Origin: Mobula hypostoma
Taxonomy: Eukaryota
Assembly (NCBI RefSeq): GCF_963921235.1
Contig: NC_086097.1
Location: 184,824,001-184,888,000 of the forward strand
Direction: 5' to 3'
Length of the DNA: 64,000 bases
The position numbers and the translations under genes were made by a program. This document shows, in pieces, positions 34,179-46,310 of the stretch (position 1 is its first letter; the number at the start of each line of letters is the position of its first letter). The notes under the pieces were generated by a model. That model searched no databases and had not been told where the DNA came from. It was given only the letters and a program-made list of their open reading frames with translations.

Positions 34179-37100
34179 TAGTATTTTAGGTAAGTTGGGA
34201 ACAATGTTTGTATGTGCGGATTTTAACAAGAAGAAGCAATCTTTTAAGTGCAGCAGAAAAGGTTGTTGCACAAAACAGGTGGTGATGAATTTGGGAGAAA
34301 TATAGGATGATGCACAAAGAATTTATCAAAATGCAGAATACAGAAAGTGAAAATAAGATGGTGTTTACACACGGATGGGTAAATGAGAAGAAATTGCTTC
34401 AAAAAGCAAGGGACATCTTTGGAAATTTCTTCCAGTATTGTCCAATCACGGAATATATTCAAGGTTTGGTTGGATTTTTGGACTCTCAGTAAATCAGATG
34501 TTATGTGGTTTGGGTAAAGATTCTGAGTTGAGATCAGTGATCGACCATGATTTTTTTGAAAGTTGGAATAGGCTTGAGAGCTTCATGGACTATTTCTTCT
34601 CTAACTTCATATGTTTAATGGAATATGAAGTTATGTTGCCAGATCATTTGAACAAAATTTGTACTCAGGCCACTTTCTGGTTTGTCTGGCCAATTTTCTT
34701 TTCTTTTTTTACCAACCTCGATTTAAATTGTAGCTTTTTCTTAATAATTGTGATTGAAAGCAGGTCTTGAGAAATCATGACAAAATTCAAAAGTTATATT
34801 TGAAAGAAATGTTCTGTTCATTACAAGAAAGATTCACAATCCTTTCTGTCTGTATCAGCTTGCAACAGTGGAAACAAGGTACTCATGCATTTTTGAAATA
34901 TGGTGAAGTAACTGAATCATTTGAGGATGTAATTAATTTGCTTTACAGAATCATTGAAGAGTCTTTTTTGGAAACTACATTTAAACAGAAGTTTAAGTTA
35001 CAAGCTTGATGGATTGCTAATGTATTTCTGACAAGGACAATTGAAGTTTAATATCAAGTACACAATGCTCTGGGCAGAGTGAATGGATATTAATCTAAGC
35101 TCACTACCATCAGAGATATATTGCAAAGCATTAAATAATCCACTGAGCCAAAAAAACATGCAGACTTCTTTTGTAGATAATATCCATGCTTCATTATTTC
35201 TGATGTTTACTTGGTGTCAATCACATACCATGTGCTCTTACAGTGTGTTTCCGTACTCTGGGCAGAAATTGGACTTTCTAAGTTTGCTGATCACTCATGA
35301 ATAAACTGGGAACACATCACATATGGATTAGAAATGAGATAGTCACTATGACATATTGTAGATGTCTTGATTGTACATCTGCTAGCTTCACATCGTAATG
35401 GTCAGCGTTAAGTTAAATGGTTCAGGGTGTTCCTTTCACTGTTTATAGTCTTCTTACTCAATTCTGAACTGTATTCTGAGATGACAAGTCCTTCAATCAG
35501 TTTGTAATGACAAGGAATGACGTATAACAGCTATGTGAAACTGAAAATGTCCAGATACACAGGAGAGTGCCATGGCCTCTTCCCCTTCATTTCCCTTCAC
35601 TTTCATGACAGGCCTTTGTGCTACTGAACTGTAGCTGCCTTGAGAAACTTCTTCAAGTTCTGCCTTCCCTGTCATGGATGATCAGGCAACTGTGAGCTTC
35701 TTCGACAGTGTAAGCAAGATCTGGAGAATAAAGATAAAGGTTTAAAGATTAGCTTTATTCACCACACGTACACCAAAAATCTCAGGGCTGTATATGAGAT
35801 ATATATATATTTTGATAATAAATTTACTTTGAACTTTGATGCACTGTCACACTATCCATGATTATTTATGAAAAACATCATAGCACTGCTTTTAATTGTA
35901 TTTTACTCATTTTCACAATTTTTTGATGATAGATTTACAAGAACTTGAAACCAGATTTTTAGATAAGTAATTAGACTTCTACCAGGAGATCTTGGTAATG
36001 GCAATAATCATTGAAGAAAATAGTCAGCTTTATCTTCATAGTAAAATAAATGTGAATCAACAACCTTTCTACCTTTTTCCCAACTTTTGTTTCATTATCT
36101 GAAGGTTAGTTGTATTTTATGATTAAGTTTAGCATGCTTCAATGTACATTTTTTTCGGAGTCTATGATTAAAGTAACATTATTTTATCTGAGCAAATAGT
36201 TCTCTTTTTATCTTTGCCTATATGGGAAATAAGAATGTAAGAGCATATGTAATAGAAAAATGGCATTGTCTGTAGATTAGGCACAAGCTAATGTAACTTT
36301 CCTGGGCTAAGTTCTATGTAAATACTCCCTCATATCCACAAGCAGTCAGCTCTACTTGGTAACTTGGTTGACTTGATAACTTCATTCACTGTCCAGGCCC
36401 CCCATCCCTTTTTTTGTCAAGCTCAGCTTTCTAACAAAGCAGCTGGCACACATAGAGATCAAAAAGTTATTTTTGATTGAGTTAAAATTCCAACCAATAT
36501 TCTTTGTTCAGCTTCTTATCATAAATGGGAACAGGTCTTCAGTTCTTATTGTTAATAGCAAGCAAAAGACAGTCTGAATTTAAAAGGACAGCTTTGCAAA
36601 CAAACAACACTGTCTATAGAACACAAGATACTGGCCCACAGCATGGTGCTGGTTGCAATGTCAGACAATGGAATTGTGTTAATTGGCCCGATTCAAACCA
36701 GACAATGCTAGTTAAATTATTTAGTTCAAGGAAGCTTGCAGACCAGATTGATACTACCGCTTAGCATATCAAATAGCTAATCTATTAATAGTTAGAAGCT
36801 ACATGTACTCAGAGAATCAGCATTGGGTATCTGGGAACTCTGTCTTCATGAGCTTTCAGACCACTGGTGTGAAAAGGTATCTGAAAAAATATCATATGCT
36901 GTTTGAAAACACCAAAAAAAACTGTATAAATGTGAGAGAGCGGTGAGGCTGGTTTGGAATGGTCAAGGGATAACAAGAAGAATGACAGAAAGTAGAGGTG
37001 ACTAGAATCCATTCCTCTGCCTTTGCTTTCTGTTGCAGACAATTTGTTCATTTGTACTCTTGTTGGTATGTCTTTTTAGCTTAGAGAAATTGTATCTGTG

Positions 37101-38079
37101 CTTTGAAACTCTTTTGTGTTTTAGAGATGATTGTAATTTGGAAATCTTTTATAAGATAGAAAATCTCTGAGTTTTAAATGTTTTCAAGAATTTTGTCTGG
37201 ATTTAAATGTGTATCACTAAAAAAAATGAACTGGGTTTTAATTACGTTGTTAAATGTAAGTTTCCCCACCTTGGTAGGGAAGGGCGACCCATTGCTTAAA
37301 CAGTAGGTATTGGTGGCTAAGTTCATTATGGATAAACCAGGAAGTGAACTAGTCTTTGAAAAGTAGGTAGCTACAGTATAACCTTCCATTAGTGATGGTA
37401 CCCAAAGCTATCTATATCAGGCAGGGGTAAAGATCTTTGTTTGAGTTTAGAAATTTGTGGTCAGCAAAGCCAAACCATCACACCTTTCAAATACAAAATT
37501 CATATCATGTTCTCATACCTCAAAGGACATCAATATGTCCATTGTGCATGTGAGCAACACTGACTATTCCCAGTTCTATAACTCCAAATCTGGCTTCCAT
37601 ATCCTATGGGAACAGAAAATGTACTCTAAGTACATAAGAAACAGGAGCAGGAGTTGGCTAATTGGATTCTGAATCCCTTCGGAATCTTCAATAAGATCAT
37701 CACAAAAAATCAATAGGAATAAGGCCATTAGCTTCTCCAAATCTTGTTCCTTAAATTCAATATGAAAGCTAGAATAGGTAAATTAAGTTGTTTGTATAGT
37801 TTTTGGTGGGTTCTGTGATCTTTCACTTAAGAAAGATCAAAATATTTCAGTAAATAAATATGCAAACTAAATGCATCAATTCTTATGCTCATCACTTAAA
37901 AAATAAATAAATGAACTAAAACAATGGAAATTTAACAATGTATAGTAGGTTATCAATTACGTCTATACAGGTAGGTAAATAGTCACATGTTTTCTCCGTG
38001 AAGTATGACTACACCAGCATCACTTGAATATTATTTTGCAAGAGACTGCATGCACTTACTATGGAGAAACACATTTGAA

Positions 38080-38990
38080 GACAGGCATCTGAGACATTGC
38101 TGATTCATGTACAGGATAATGGGAGAAAAGGGACTTTATAACATCAACAAAACTGAGATCCTCTATTGAGCTGTATCTCCTGCAGTGCAACCCAACCCCA
38201 ACAATAAAGCTTCACATCTGAATTCTACAGGATGTAGGTCACTTTCAATATCTTGTGAGCCAGCTGTCACGTGAAGTGAGCTGTCAGTGAAGAAATTCAC
38301 TCCAGTGCATTAGCATAGCCTTTGACTATCTGAGGAAAAGTGTGTTTGGTGATCAAGACCTTAAATGTGATGCCAATCTCGGTCTGCCGAGCAGCAGTGA
38401 TCCCTTCTTCAATATATTAATCAGATTCATGGATTATGTGCAGTAGGCAAGTGAAAGTTCTGAAGCAGTACCATTAATGCTGATTCCACAAAATCCTCCA
38501 AATCCTTTGGCAGGACAGGTTAATCAATATCAGCATCATACTCTGGCCAAATTCTCCAGTTGCATGGGTGTAATTACCCTCTTCTTCCTCTGATGTTAGA
38601 CATGCAAATGATGTGCTCTGTGCACCAGAATCCTGATGTAAGCACGTGACTCCAAGCTTTGTCAAGACAACAGAATCATAAGGAGATAGAGAAAATAATT
38701 TAAATGTACAAACCAGTTGTGCTTGACAATAAAAATGTAATCATCCTCACTGCTTCCCTGGAATCCCTGGCCCATGACCACTCAAAATGGAGAAGGAGCA
38801 TTTAGGACAAACTTCAAGCCTCTTCATCAAGAGCAAGTACAAACCCAGTGAAAACAGCAGAAGCAGGTGACCACCTGCTTACCCCATGGTAGCAGAGATT
38901 ATGGATCCTAGATTTCCCATATCAGCCACTTCCAAAACCAGTGAGCTGGTGTGAAAACGTGTAACCCGTGAATCTGAGGGAACCCCTGCC
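38080..38990 (+). mobile_element. Decayed RTE-clade LINE 3' region
   Basis: Remnants NINKTEIL, KILQILWQDR..NISI, ESLAHDHSKWRRSI. Confidence 0.55.
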
Positions 38991-40244
38991 AAGAAGAAAA
39001 GCAACAATTCTATTTCATAGCTGATGCGTGGTGCTCATTAGCAAACGTGGAGCTTAATCTCATGACCTATTTTTAGAATGGCTAAAACTGAAAAAGAATT
39101 ACTCATTCAAGAAATTGTGTGTAACTTAGAATTTACAGATATTACTTTCTTCAGTAATAGTCTTGTATATCACTGAGTCAAAGATGATCCACTTATAAAT
39201 TACTGGAGTGCTAATATATTTTCAAAATGACTTAATGTATAACAAATGATCCTGAGACATAGAACTGTTTCAACCAGATATGATTGATGGTCCATCATTC
39301 CTAATTCAGTATTTATACTGCTGGCTAGTCCGTTGGGAATATGCATCATCCATCAGGGTATTATTGAATTCAAAGAGTGTATGGCACCTTCATTTTAACA
39401 AACTAAACGGAAAAGCTAAATAGAAAAAAAAATTGACAATCAGCCATGATTCTATGATAATGCAATTAAGCCTTATCTCTCCTGAGATAAATGTAATTGT
39501 CAAAACCACCACAGCCTGTAGGTCATATATTTTGCACATTCAAAATAATAATGATGGATCTATAATTTGTTTTTTTTTAACTTATTCATTCAGAAAATGT
39601 GCTGTACATTCCTAATTGCCCTGGAGATGAGGAGACAGATAAAGGTCGATCACAACGGTGGTCTGGAGTCGCACATAGGTGAGGATGGCAAATTTTCTTG
39701 CCCCGAAGGATATTGATGAAACAATTGGGATTTTTACGGCATCCAATAGTTACATGGTTATTCTTACTGTGACAATGTTTAATTCCAGATTTATGTAATT
39801 ATTTGAATTTAAGTTCCACAGCTGCTGTGGTGGTATTCAAACTTTTATTTTGGAATTAACGTTCCAAGCCTTTGGCCTTCAGTCCAGTAACGGAAATACT
39901 ACACCAATAATCCTTATCTGAGGACAATACCATTAAAGCTTTTCTGAGGTAAGATATGATGTAGGGATTGAGCCAAGCAATAGATTTTGTCCTTAACTTT
40001 GGAAATTGGGGGAGTATCCAAAGCAGCCAGTTGGACTGATGCTTTCTTTCTCCTAAAGACAGGGGATTGTCACATTAGTACTAATGTCCAGGTAGGAAAA
40101 TAGATGAATGGAAATAAGCGAACTTGGCTTTATATTTTTTCATTGCTGTTTTATGCTGGGGGCAACCAATAATAAAATTACTCTACTGTGGGAGTTAAGG
40201 GGAATAAAGCATAATAGCTTATTTATTACAATTATAGCCAAATA

Positions 40245-40555
40245 AGACCATAAGAAATAGGAGCAGAATTAGACCATTTGGTCTATAGAGTATGCTCTAC
40301 CATCTCATCATGGCTGATCCATTTCCTTCTAAACCCCAATTTCCTTCCTTCTCCCCAAAACCCTTCATGCCCCTGACTAGTCAAACAACCTTTGCCTTAA
40401 ATATACCCAATGACTTGGCCTCCACAGTCACCTGAGGTAACGAATTCCACAGATTACCCACCTTCAGGCTAAAGAAATTTCTCCTCTTCTCCATTCTAAA
40501 TGGAAATCCTCTTCTCCTATTATCAGGCTGTGTTCTCTGGTCTTAAACTTTCCCA
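40245..40555 (-). mobile_element. CR1 3'-end fragment
   Basis: CATAAGAAATAGGAGCAGAATTAG.CCATT..CATGGCTGAT..AATGACTTGGCCTCCACAG..AATTCCACAGATT, matching 54440-54700. Confidence 0.8.
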
Positions 40556-40591
40556 TGGACTGTCAATGTTCTCTTCATTGTGCACTGGCTA

Positions 40592-42803
40592 AACATAGAA
40601 CATAGAACATAGAATAGTACAGCACAGTACAGGCCCTTCGGCCCACAATGTTGTGCCGACCCTCAAACCCTGCCTCCCATATAAGCCCCCAACTTAGATT
40701 CCTCCATATACCTGTCTAGTAGTCTCGTAAACTTCATTAGTGTATCTGCCTCCACCACTGACTCAGGCAGTGCATTCCACGCACCAACCACTCTCTGAGT
40801 AAAAAACCTTCCTCTAATATCCCCCTTGAACTTCCCATCCCTTGCCTTAAAGCCATGTCCTCTTGTATTGAGCAGTGGTGCCCTGGGGAAGAGGCGCTGG
40901 CGATCCACTCTATCTATTCCTCCTATTATCTTGTACACCTCTATCATGTCTCCTCTCATCCTCCTTCTCTCCAAAGAGTAAAGCCCTAGCTCCCTTAATC
41001 TCTGATCATAATGCATACTTTCTAAACCAGGCAGCATCCTGGTAAATCTTCTCTGTACCCTTTCCAATGCTTCCACATCCTTCCTACAGTGAGGTGACCA
41101 GAACTGGACACAATACTCCAAGTGTGGCCTAACCAGAGTTTTATAGAGCTGCATCATTACATCGCGACTCTTAAACTCTATCCCTCGACTTATGAAAGCT
41201 AACACCCCATAAGCTTTTACCCTATCCACCTGTGAGGCAACTTTCAGGAATCTGTGGACATATACCCCGAGATCCCTCTGCTCCTCCACACTACCAAGTA
41301 TCCTGCCATTTACTTTGTACTCTGCCTTGGAGTTTGTCCTTCCAAAGTGTACCACCTTACATTTCTCCAGGATGAACTCCATCTGCCACTTCTCAGCCCA
41401 CTTCAGCATCCTATCAATGTCTCTCTGCAATCTTTGACAATCCTCTACACTATCTACAACACCACCAACCTTCGTGTCATCTGCAAACTTGCCAACCCAC
41501 CCTTCTACCCCCACATCCAGGTCGTTAATAAAAATCACGAAAAGTAGAGGTCCCAGAACAGACCCTTGTGGGACACCACTAGTCACAATCCTCCAATCTG
41601 AATGTACTCCCTCCACCACCACCCTCTGCCTTCTGCAGGCAAGCCAATTCTGAATCCACCTGGCCAAACTTCCCTGGATCCCATGCCTTCTAACATTCTG
41701 AATAAGCCTACCATGTGGAACCTTGTCAAATGCCTTACTAAAATCCATATAGATCACATCCACTGCACTACCCTCATCTATATGCCTGGTCACCTCCTCA
41801 AAGAACTCTATCAGGCTTGTTAGACACGATCTGCCCTTCACAAAGCCATGCTGACTGTCCCTGATCAGACCATGATTCTCTAAATGCCTATAGATCCTAT
41901 CTCTAAGAATCTTTTCCAACAGCTTTCCCACCACAGATGTGAGTCTCACTGGTCTATAATTACCCAGACTATCCCTACTACCTTTTTTGAACAAGGGAAC
42001 AACATTCGCCTCCCTCCAATCCTCCGGTACCATTCCCGTGGACAACGAGGACATAAAGATCCTAGCCAGAGGCTCAGCAATCTCTTCTCTTGCCTCATGG
42101 AGCAGCCTGGGGAATATTCCGTCAGGCCCCAGGGACTTATCTGTCCTAATGTATTTTAACAACTCCAACACCTCCTCTCCCTTAATATCAGCATGCTCCA
42201 GAACATCAACCTCACTCATATTGTCCTCACTATCATCAAGTTCCCTCTCATTGGTGAATACCGAAGAGAAGTATTCATTGAGGACCTCGCTCACTTCCAC
42301 AGCCTCTAGGCACATCTTCCCACCTTTATCTCTAATCGGTCATACCTTCACTCCTGTCATCCTTTTTTTCTTCACATAATTGAAGAATGCCTTGGGGTTT
42401 TCCTTTACCCTACTCGCCAAGGCCTTCTCATGCCCCCTTCTTGCTCTTCTCAGCCCCTTCTTAAGCTCCTTTCTTGCTTCCCTACATTCCTCAATAGACC
42501 CATCTGATCCTTGCTTCCTAAACCTCATGTATGCTGCCTTCTTCCTCCTGACTAGATTTTCCACCTCACTTGTCACCCATGGTTCCTTCACCCTACCATT
42601 CTTTATCTTCTTCATCGGGACAAATTTATCCCTTACATCCCGCAAGAGATCTCTAAACATCAACCACATGTCCATAGTACATTTCCCTGCAAAAACGTCA
42701 TCCCAATTCACACCCGCAAGTTCTAGCCTTATAGCCTCATAATTTGCCTTTCCCCAATTAAAAATTTTCCTGTCCTCTTTGATTCTATCCTTTTCCATGA
42801 TAA
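40592..42803 (-). mobile_element. Young 5'-truncated CR1 LINE
   Basis: (ACATAGA)n tail at 40592-40612; ORF2 open from ~42800 to 40663 except one in-frame TGA at 42340-42342. Confidence 0.95.
40663..42315 (-). CDS. CR1 ORF2 reverse transcriptase domain (550 aa open, no endonuclease)
   Basis: GPDGIFPRLL, NYRPVRLTS, QHGFVKGRSCLTSL, YMDFSKAFDKV, GVPQGSVLGPLLF, KFADD, RPHLEYC. Confidence 0.9.
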   Translation of the reverse strand: MCLEAVEVSEVLNEYFSSVFTNERELDDSEDNMSEVDVLEHADIKGEEVLELLKYIRTDKSLGPDGIFPRLLHEAREEIAEPLARIFMSSLSTGMVPEDWREANVVPLFKKGSRDSLGNYRPVRLTSVVGKLLEKILRDRIYRHLENHGLIRDSQHGFVKGRSCLTSLIEFFEEVTRHIDEGSAVDVIYMDFSKAFDKVPHGRLIQNVRRHGIQGSLARWIQNWLACRRQRVVVEGVHSDWRIVTSGVPQGSVLGPLLFVIFINDLDVGVEGWVGKFADDTKVGGVVDSVEDCQRLQRDIDRMLKWAEKWQMEFILEKCKVVHFGRTNSKAEYKVNGRILGSVEEQRDLGVYVHRFLKVASQVDRVKAYGVLAFISRGIEFKSRDVMMQLYKTLVRPHLEYCVQFWSPHCRKDVEALERVQRRFTRMLPGLESMHYDQRLRELGLYSLERRRMRGDMIEVYKIIGGIDRVDRQRLFPRAPLLNTRGHGFKARDGKFKGDIRGRFFTQRVVGAWNALPESVVEADTLMKFTRLLDRYMEESKLGAYMGGRV

Positions 42804-44029
42804 GGAAACATTCCAATCCATATTGAGCATGTTTTTCCCATTCACAAGATAGCTCTTTTTCAGCCATACAATATTTGCAATATTAAAGTCATCTTGGTTG
42901 TGGGTTCCTTAATCGGCCTTTTCCCAGCACCACAATGCATGCTGCTGTCATGAGATTCTGTCTCGCTTATTCGTCATTCCCTTGGGCTCGACCCTCGAAC
43001 ACCACAATCAATCCCATCTATGATGAGCACATCCTTCAAATCTGTGAAAATGTAGTTACCTGCAGTCTGTTAGCAGGTATGTCAGAGGATTCTTCCTGCT
43101 TTGATTGCAAGTAAAGGCCTGGTAGTTGTTAATTGTAGTGTTTCTAGAGGGACTGAAGTATTCTTATAATGCACCTGACACTTACACAGAGATTTCATTT
43201 GAGGGCTTTATTGTACAATTCTCTGTCGCTGTGGTCAGTGAGATAAAACAAGATCTTTATTTTTGTCTCTTCTGGTTTGTTTTCAATACCTACAATATAT
43301 AGTGTGAAATTTTCTCTCCACTGTCCCCATTCTTGAGAGGATGTTACTTGCCAGAAAATCCAGTGGCTCTGACATTCTAATTTATTCTATAAATCATGGA
43401 GCATGCTGTCTCGCAGTGTATATGCATATGCATTATCTAACTCGGGAGTGACCGTGGCCAGAATTTAACATTCACATTCAAGTATAACATAGTCAACCAG
43501 CACATCAGATATCAGCACTCTAAAATCCTGGGTGTCAGTTAAACTTTTGAACCATTTTATTAAATACACAGGAAAATATACATTACTGCTCTGTGCCTTC
43601 TACATACAGACAAGCAGGCAATCTCCATACAAAGAGTGGGACCTTTTGCAACTTTCTCCTTAAATATAGTAGAGGTATGTACCCGGAGAGATATATGCCC
43701 ATGTACTATAAACCTCAAAGGGGTTCACACATGCATATTTGGTATATGTAAAATGATATCTTGTTTATTTGTAAATTTTAACCTGGGAAAGGAGAAGACC
43801 ATCCTGTGATTTGTTGACCCTCCTGTGATTACTTGAAGTGGTAGCGTGATGGAATCTTTTTGGAAAATCAACAGTTGTAGTAATTTGCAACAAATTAATA
43901 ACTTGACAACTTAAGAGAGCACTTAAAAAAACACCCTTGGGTATGGCAATGGAGTCATATATAAGGCAGAAATGTAATTATTAATTGACTATAATGTAAA
44001 TCAAAAAGCTCCTGGTCGTTTCTATCATT

Positions 44030-44340
44030 TCAGGAAATGGGGAGACTAAGACCAGAGGACGCAGGCTCAATATAGAGGGACGTTCTTTTCGAATAGGGGT
44101 GAAGAGGGATCTCTTTAGCCAGAGAGTGGTTAATCTGCGGAATTTGTGCTGCAGGCCAATGACTGCCAAGTCATTGGGTATATTTAAGATAGAGGTTTAT
44201 AGTTTCTTGATTAGTCAGTGCATGAAGGGATATGGGGAGAAGGCAAGAAACTGGGACTGAGAGGTAAAGTGGATCAGCCATGATGAAATGGCGAAGCAGA
44301 CTCGATGGACCAAATGGCCTAGTTCTGCTCCTGTGGTCTA
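44030..44340 (+). mobile_element. CR1 3'-end fragment
   Basis: TRGRRLNIEG, SQRVVNLRNL; 3' UTR GATCAGCCATGA..GGCCTAGTTCTGCTCC. Confidence 0.8.
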
Positions 44341-45050
44341 TATTTTGTAAAGGATATAGATTTGTAGGATATCAATGCTTTCACCTTTAATGTTTCTGGG
44401 TCCTTGGATGAGTTCACTGAATTCAGGGTTTAACTCCGCAGGACCCAGAGACCAAGAACCACAAACAAACTGATCACTTCTCTAAATTTACCAGCCATGT
44501 TGGTTTTGCCTGTGTTCCTCTTGACTCAAGTATTTCAAGTCACAGTTCAGAAATGAGGATAACATTGAATTGAGTAGCATTGGTTCAAGTGCCAAACTGT
44601 TGGAGGAACCAGCTTTTGAATGAAATGTTAAACTGAGTTCCCATAGGTACATGCAGGGGACATAGGCAAAATTTACCCTTTAAGTAATAATATTGAACAC
44701 TTTTGTCATGCCTCTATTAATGAAATCTAATAATGCATATCACCAGGAATAGAATCCCAGGTAAAGACCTTATAGAGTGGACATATGGTAATACAAAACG
44801 ACGGTATTACTTTCAATGCACAAGGTTAAAATATCTGATAATGTGCAGATAGGGAGAAAATACTCATTATCAGAATTGGCAAAAAATATTTTAAATGATG
44901 AACAATTTTTTGTATGTCTACCAAATTTGTCTTTATCTGTCCGCATTAATTTGCAGTCTTAACAAGGATAACTATCTAGGAGAGTCATTTTCTCAAGGGT
45001 TATCTGGCTTGCCTATCTGTACTTCAGACAAAATCCCATTTTATGTTACT

Positions 45051-45440
45051 TGTCATGTACCCCGTGACGGGTTCAAGAACCAGCAGAAATGGAAAACACT
45101 TTGGAATCCAGTATTGCTATTAACTAATGCTATTTATTAGTAACTAAGCAACACAGTAATATAAAATCAGATATCTAAAACAGGTTAGCAATGATTATAT
45201 ATAAGTAAGTGTGGAAATATATGAAAACCAAGCTTCTTCAAGTCTAGGGGTAAATAGATAGTTTTATGATGATGAGTAAAGTTCAGTTCAGTTCGTGGTA
45301 TTGAGTTGAGTGGTGATGGAGAGAGAGAGAGAGGGAGAGAGTTGAGTCTTCAGGTGAGCTGATGCTGTCAATCTTTCTGTTGTCCTCCGAAATCCTTTAG
45401 AAGTCACTGACTGTGACCACAACGAAGGGTTCCGTTCTTC
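45051..45440. mobile_element. Partial LTR-like sequence (Gypsy-type solo LTR fragment?)
   Basis: Begins TGTCATGTACCCC, has TTTATT at ~45133 and a (GA)n tract; no matching CA end or internal region found. Confidence 0.4.
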
Positions 45441-45930
45441 AATCTCAGCTCTCTGGGTACACAGCCATAGATCTTCCGACTCCCACGACATACCGAACTT
45501 CAATCCGCCCCTCTTCAGAGCCACAAAATCTCAAACCTCCGAAAGCAAACTAGGCTCTTGGGTCACACACACAAAATGCTGGTGGAACGCAGCAGGCAGG
45601 CCAGGCAGCATCTATAGGAAGAGATATAAATGCTTCCTGGCCGCTGCATCCTACCAGCATTTTGTGTGTGTTGCTTGAATTTCCAGCATCTGCAGATTTC
45701 CTCATGTTTAAGCTCTTGGGCCACATCCTTGGCATGTCGAATAATGGCCAGTCGTGAAACCCCGAGAGCAGGTCCCATTCCTGCTAAGAACCAAAGTCAG
45801 CATGTAACTCTAGGTCAGGTTCTTCAAAAGAACCCTGAAAAAGGAAAAATAGATATTAAAGATGGAAATAGAGCTGTTTCCAAAGCAAGCAAAGGAATCA
45901 CCATTTAGCGCCATCATGACTAAGCTCCTG
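45440..45930 (-). mobile_element. 5' part of a retroposon beginning GATGGCGC on the minus strand, host of a fold-back PLE insertion
   Basis: GCGCCATC at 45908-45915 is the antisense of the GATGGCGC start motif seen at 26279; sequence is continuous across the duplicated target. Confidence 0.45.
45568..45708. mobile_element. ~140-bp fold-back PLE derivative with 17-bp target-site duplication
   Basis: CACACAAAATGCTGGTGGAACGCAGC..GG versus CC..GCTGCATCCTACCAGCATTTTGTGTG; TSD TAGGCTCTTGGGTCACA (45551-67) / TAAGCTCTTGGGCCACA (45709-25). Confidence 0.85.
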
Positions 45931-46014
45931 TCATGATTTATGTCTATGCTTAGCACACATGTGGGGGTAAGAGGAGGAGTAGGATTTCCTAAGCAGCTGC
46001 ATTGCCGGTCTATA

Positions 46015-46310
46015 GTTATTTATTTATCTATTTATTTATTTAGTGAAACAGTACAGAGTAGACCCTTGCAGCCCTTCGAGCCATGCAGGCCCAGCAACCC
46101 CTGAACCCTGATTAACCCTAACCTAATTATGAGCCAATTTACAATGACCATTTAACCTACCTGGTGTGTCTTTGGACTGTGGGAGGAAAGCCATGCATTC
46201 CATGGGAAGGACGTACAGAGACTCCTTACAGTATGGAGCCAGAATTGTACTCCAAACTCCAGAATGCCCTGACCTGCAATAACATTGCACTAACTGCTAC
46301 ACCTCCATGG
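46015..46310 (-). mobile_element. V-SINE/HE1-like SINE
   Basis: (TTTA)n tail, GTCTTTGGACTGTGGGAGGAAA core as at 23500-23522. Confidence 0.7.

Noticed and set aside
35493..35722. Minus-strand acceptor TTTATTCTCCAG followed by a 60-aa ORF
   Set aside because: All three frames from the acceptor hit stops within ~70 nt; the pyrimidine tract abuts a repeat tail
41254..42742. Several plus-strand ORFs of 70-130 aa
   Set aside because: Antisense shadows of the CR1 ORF2
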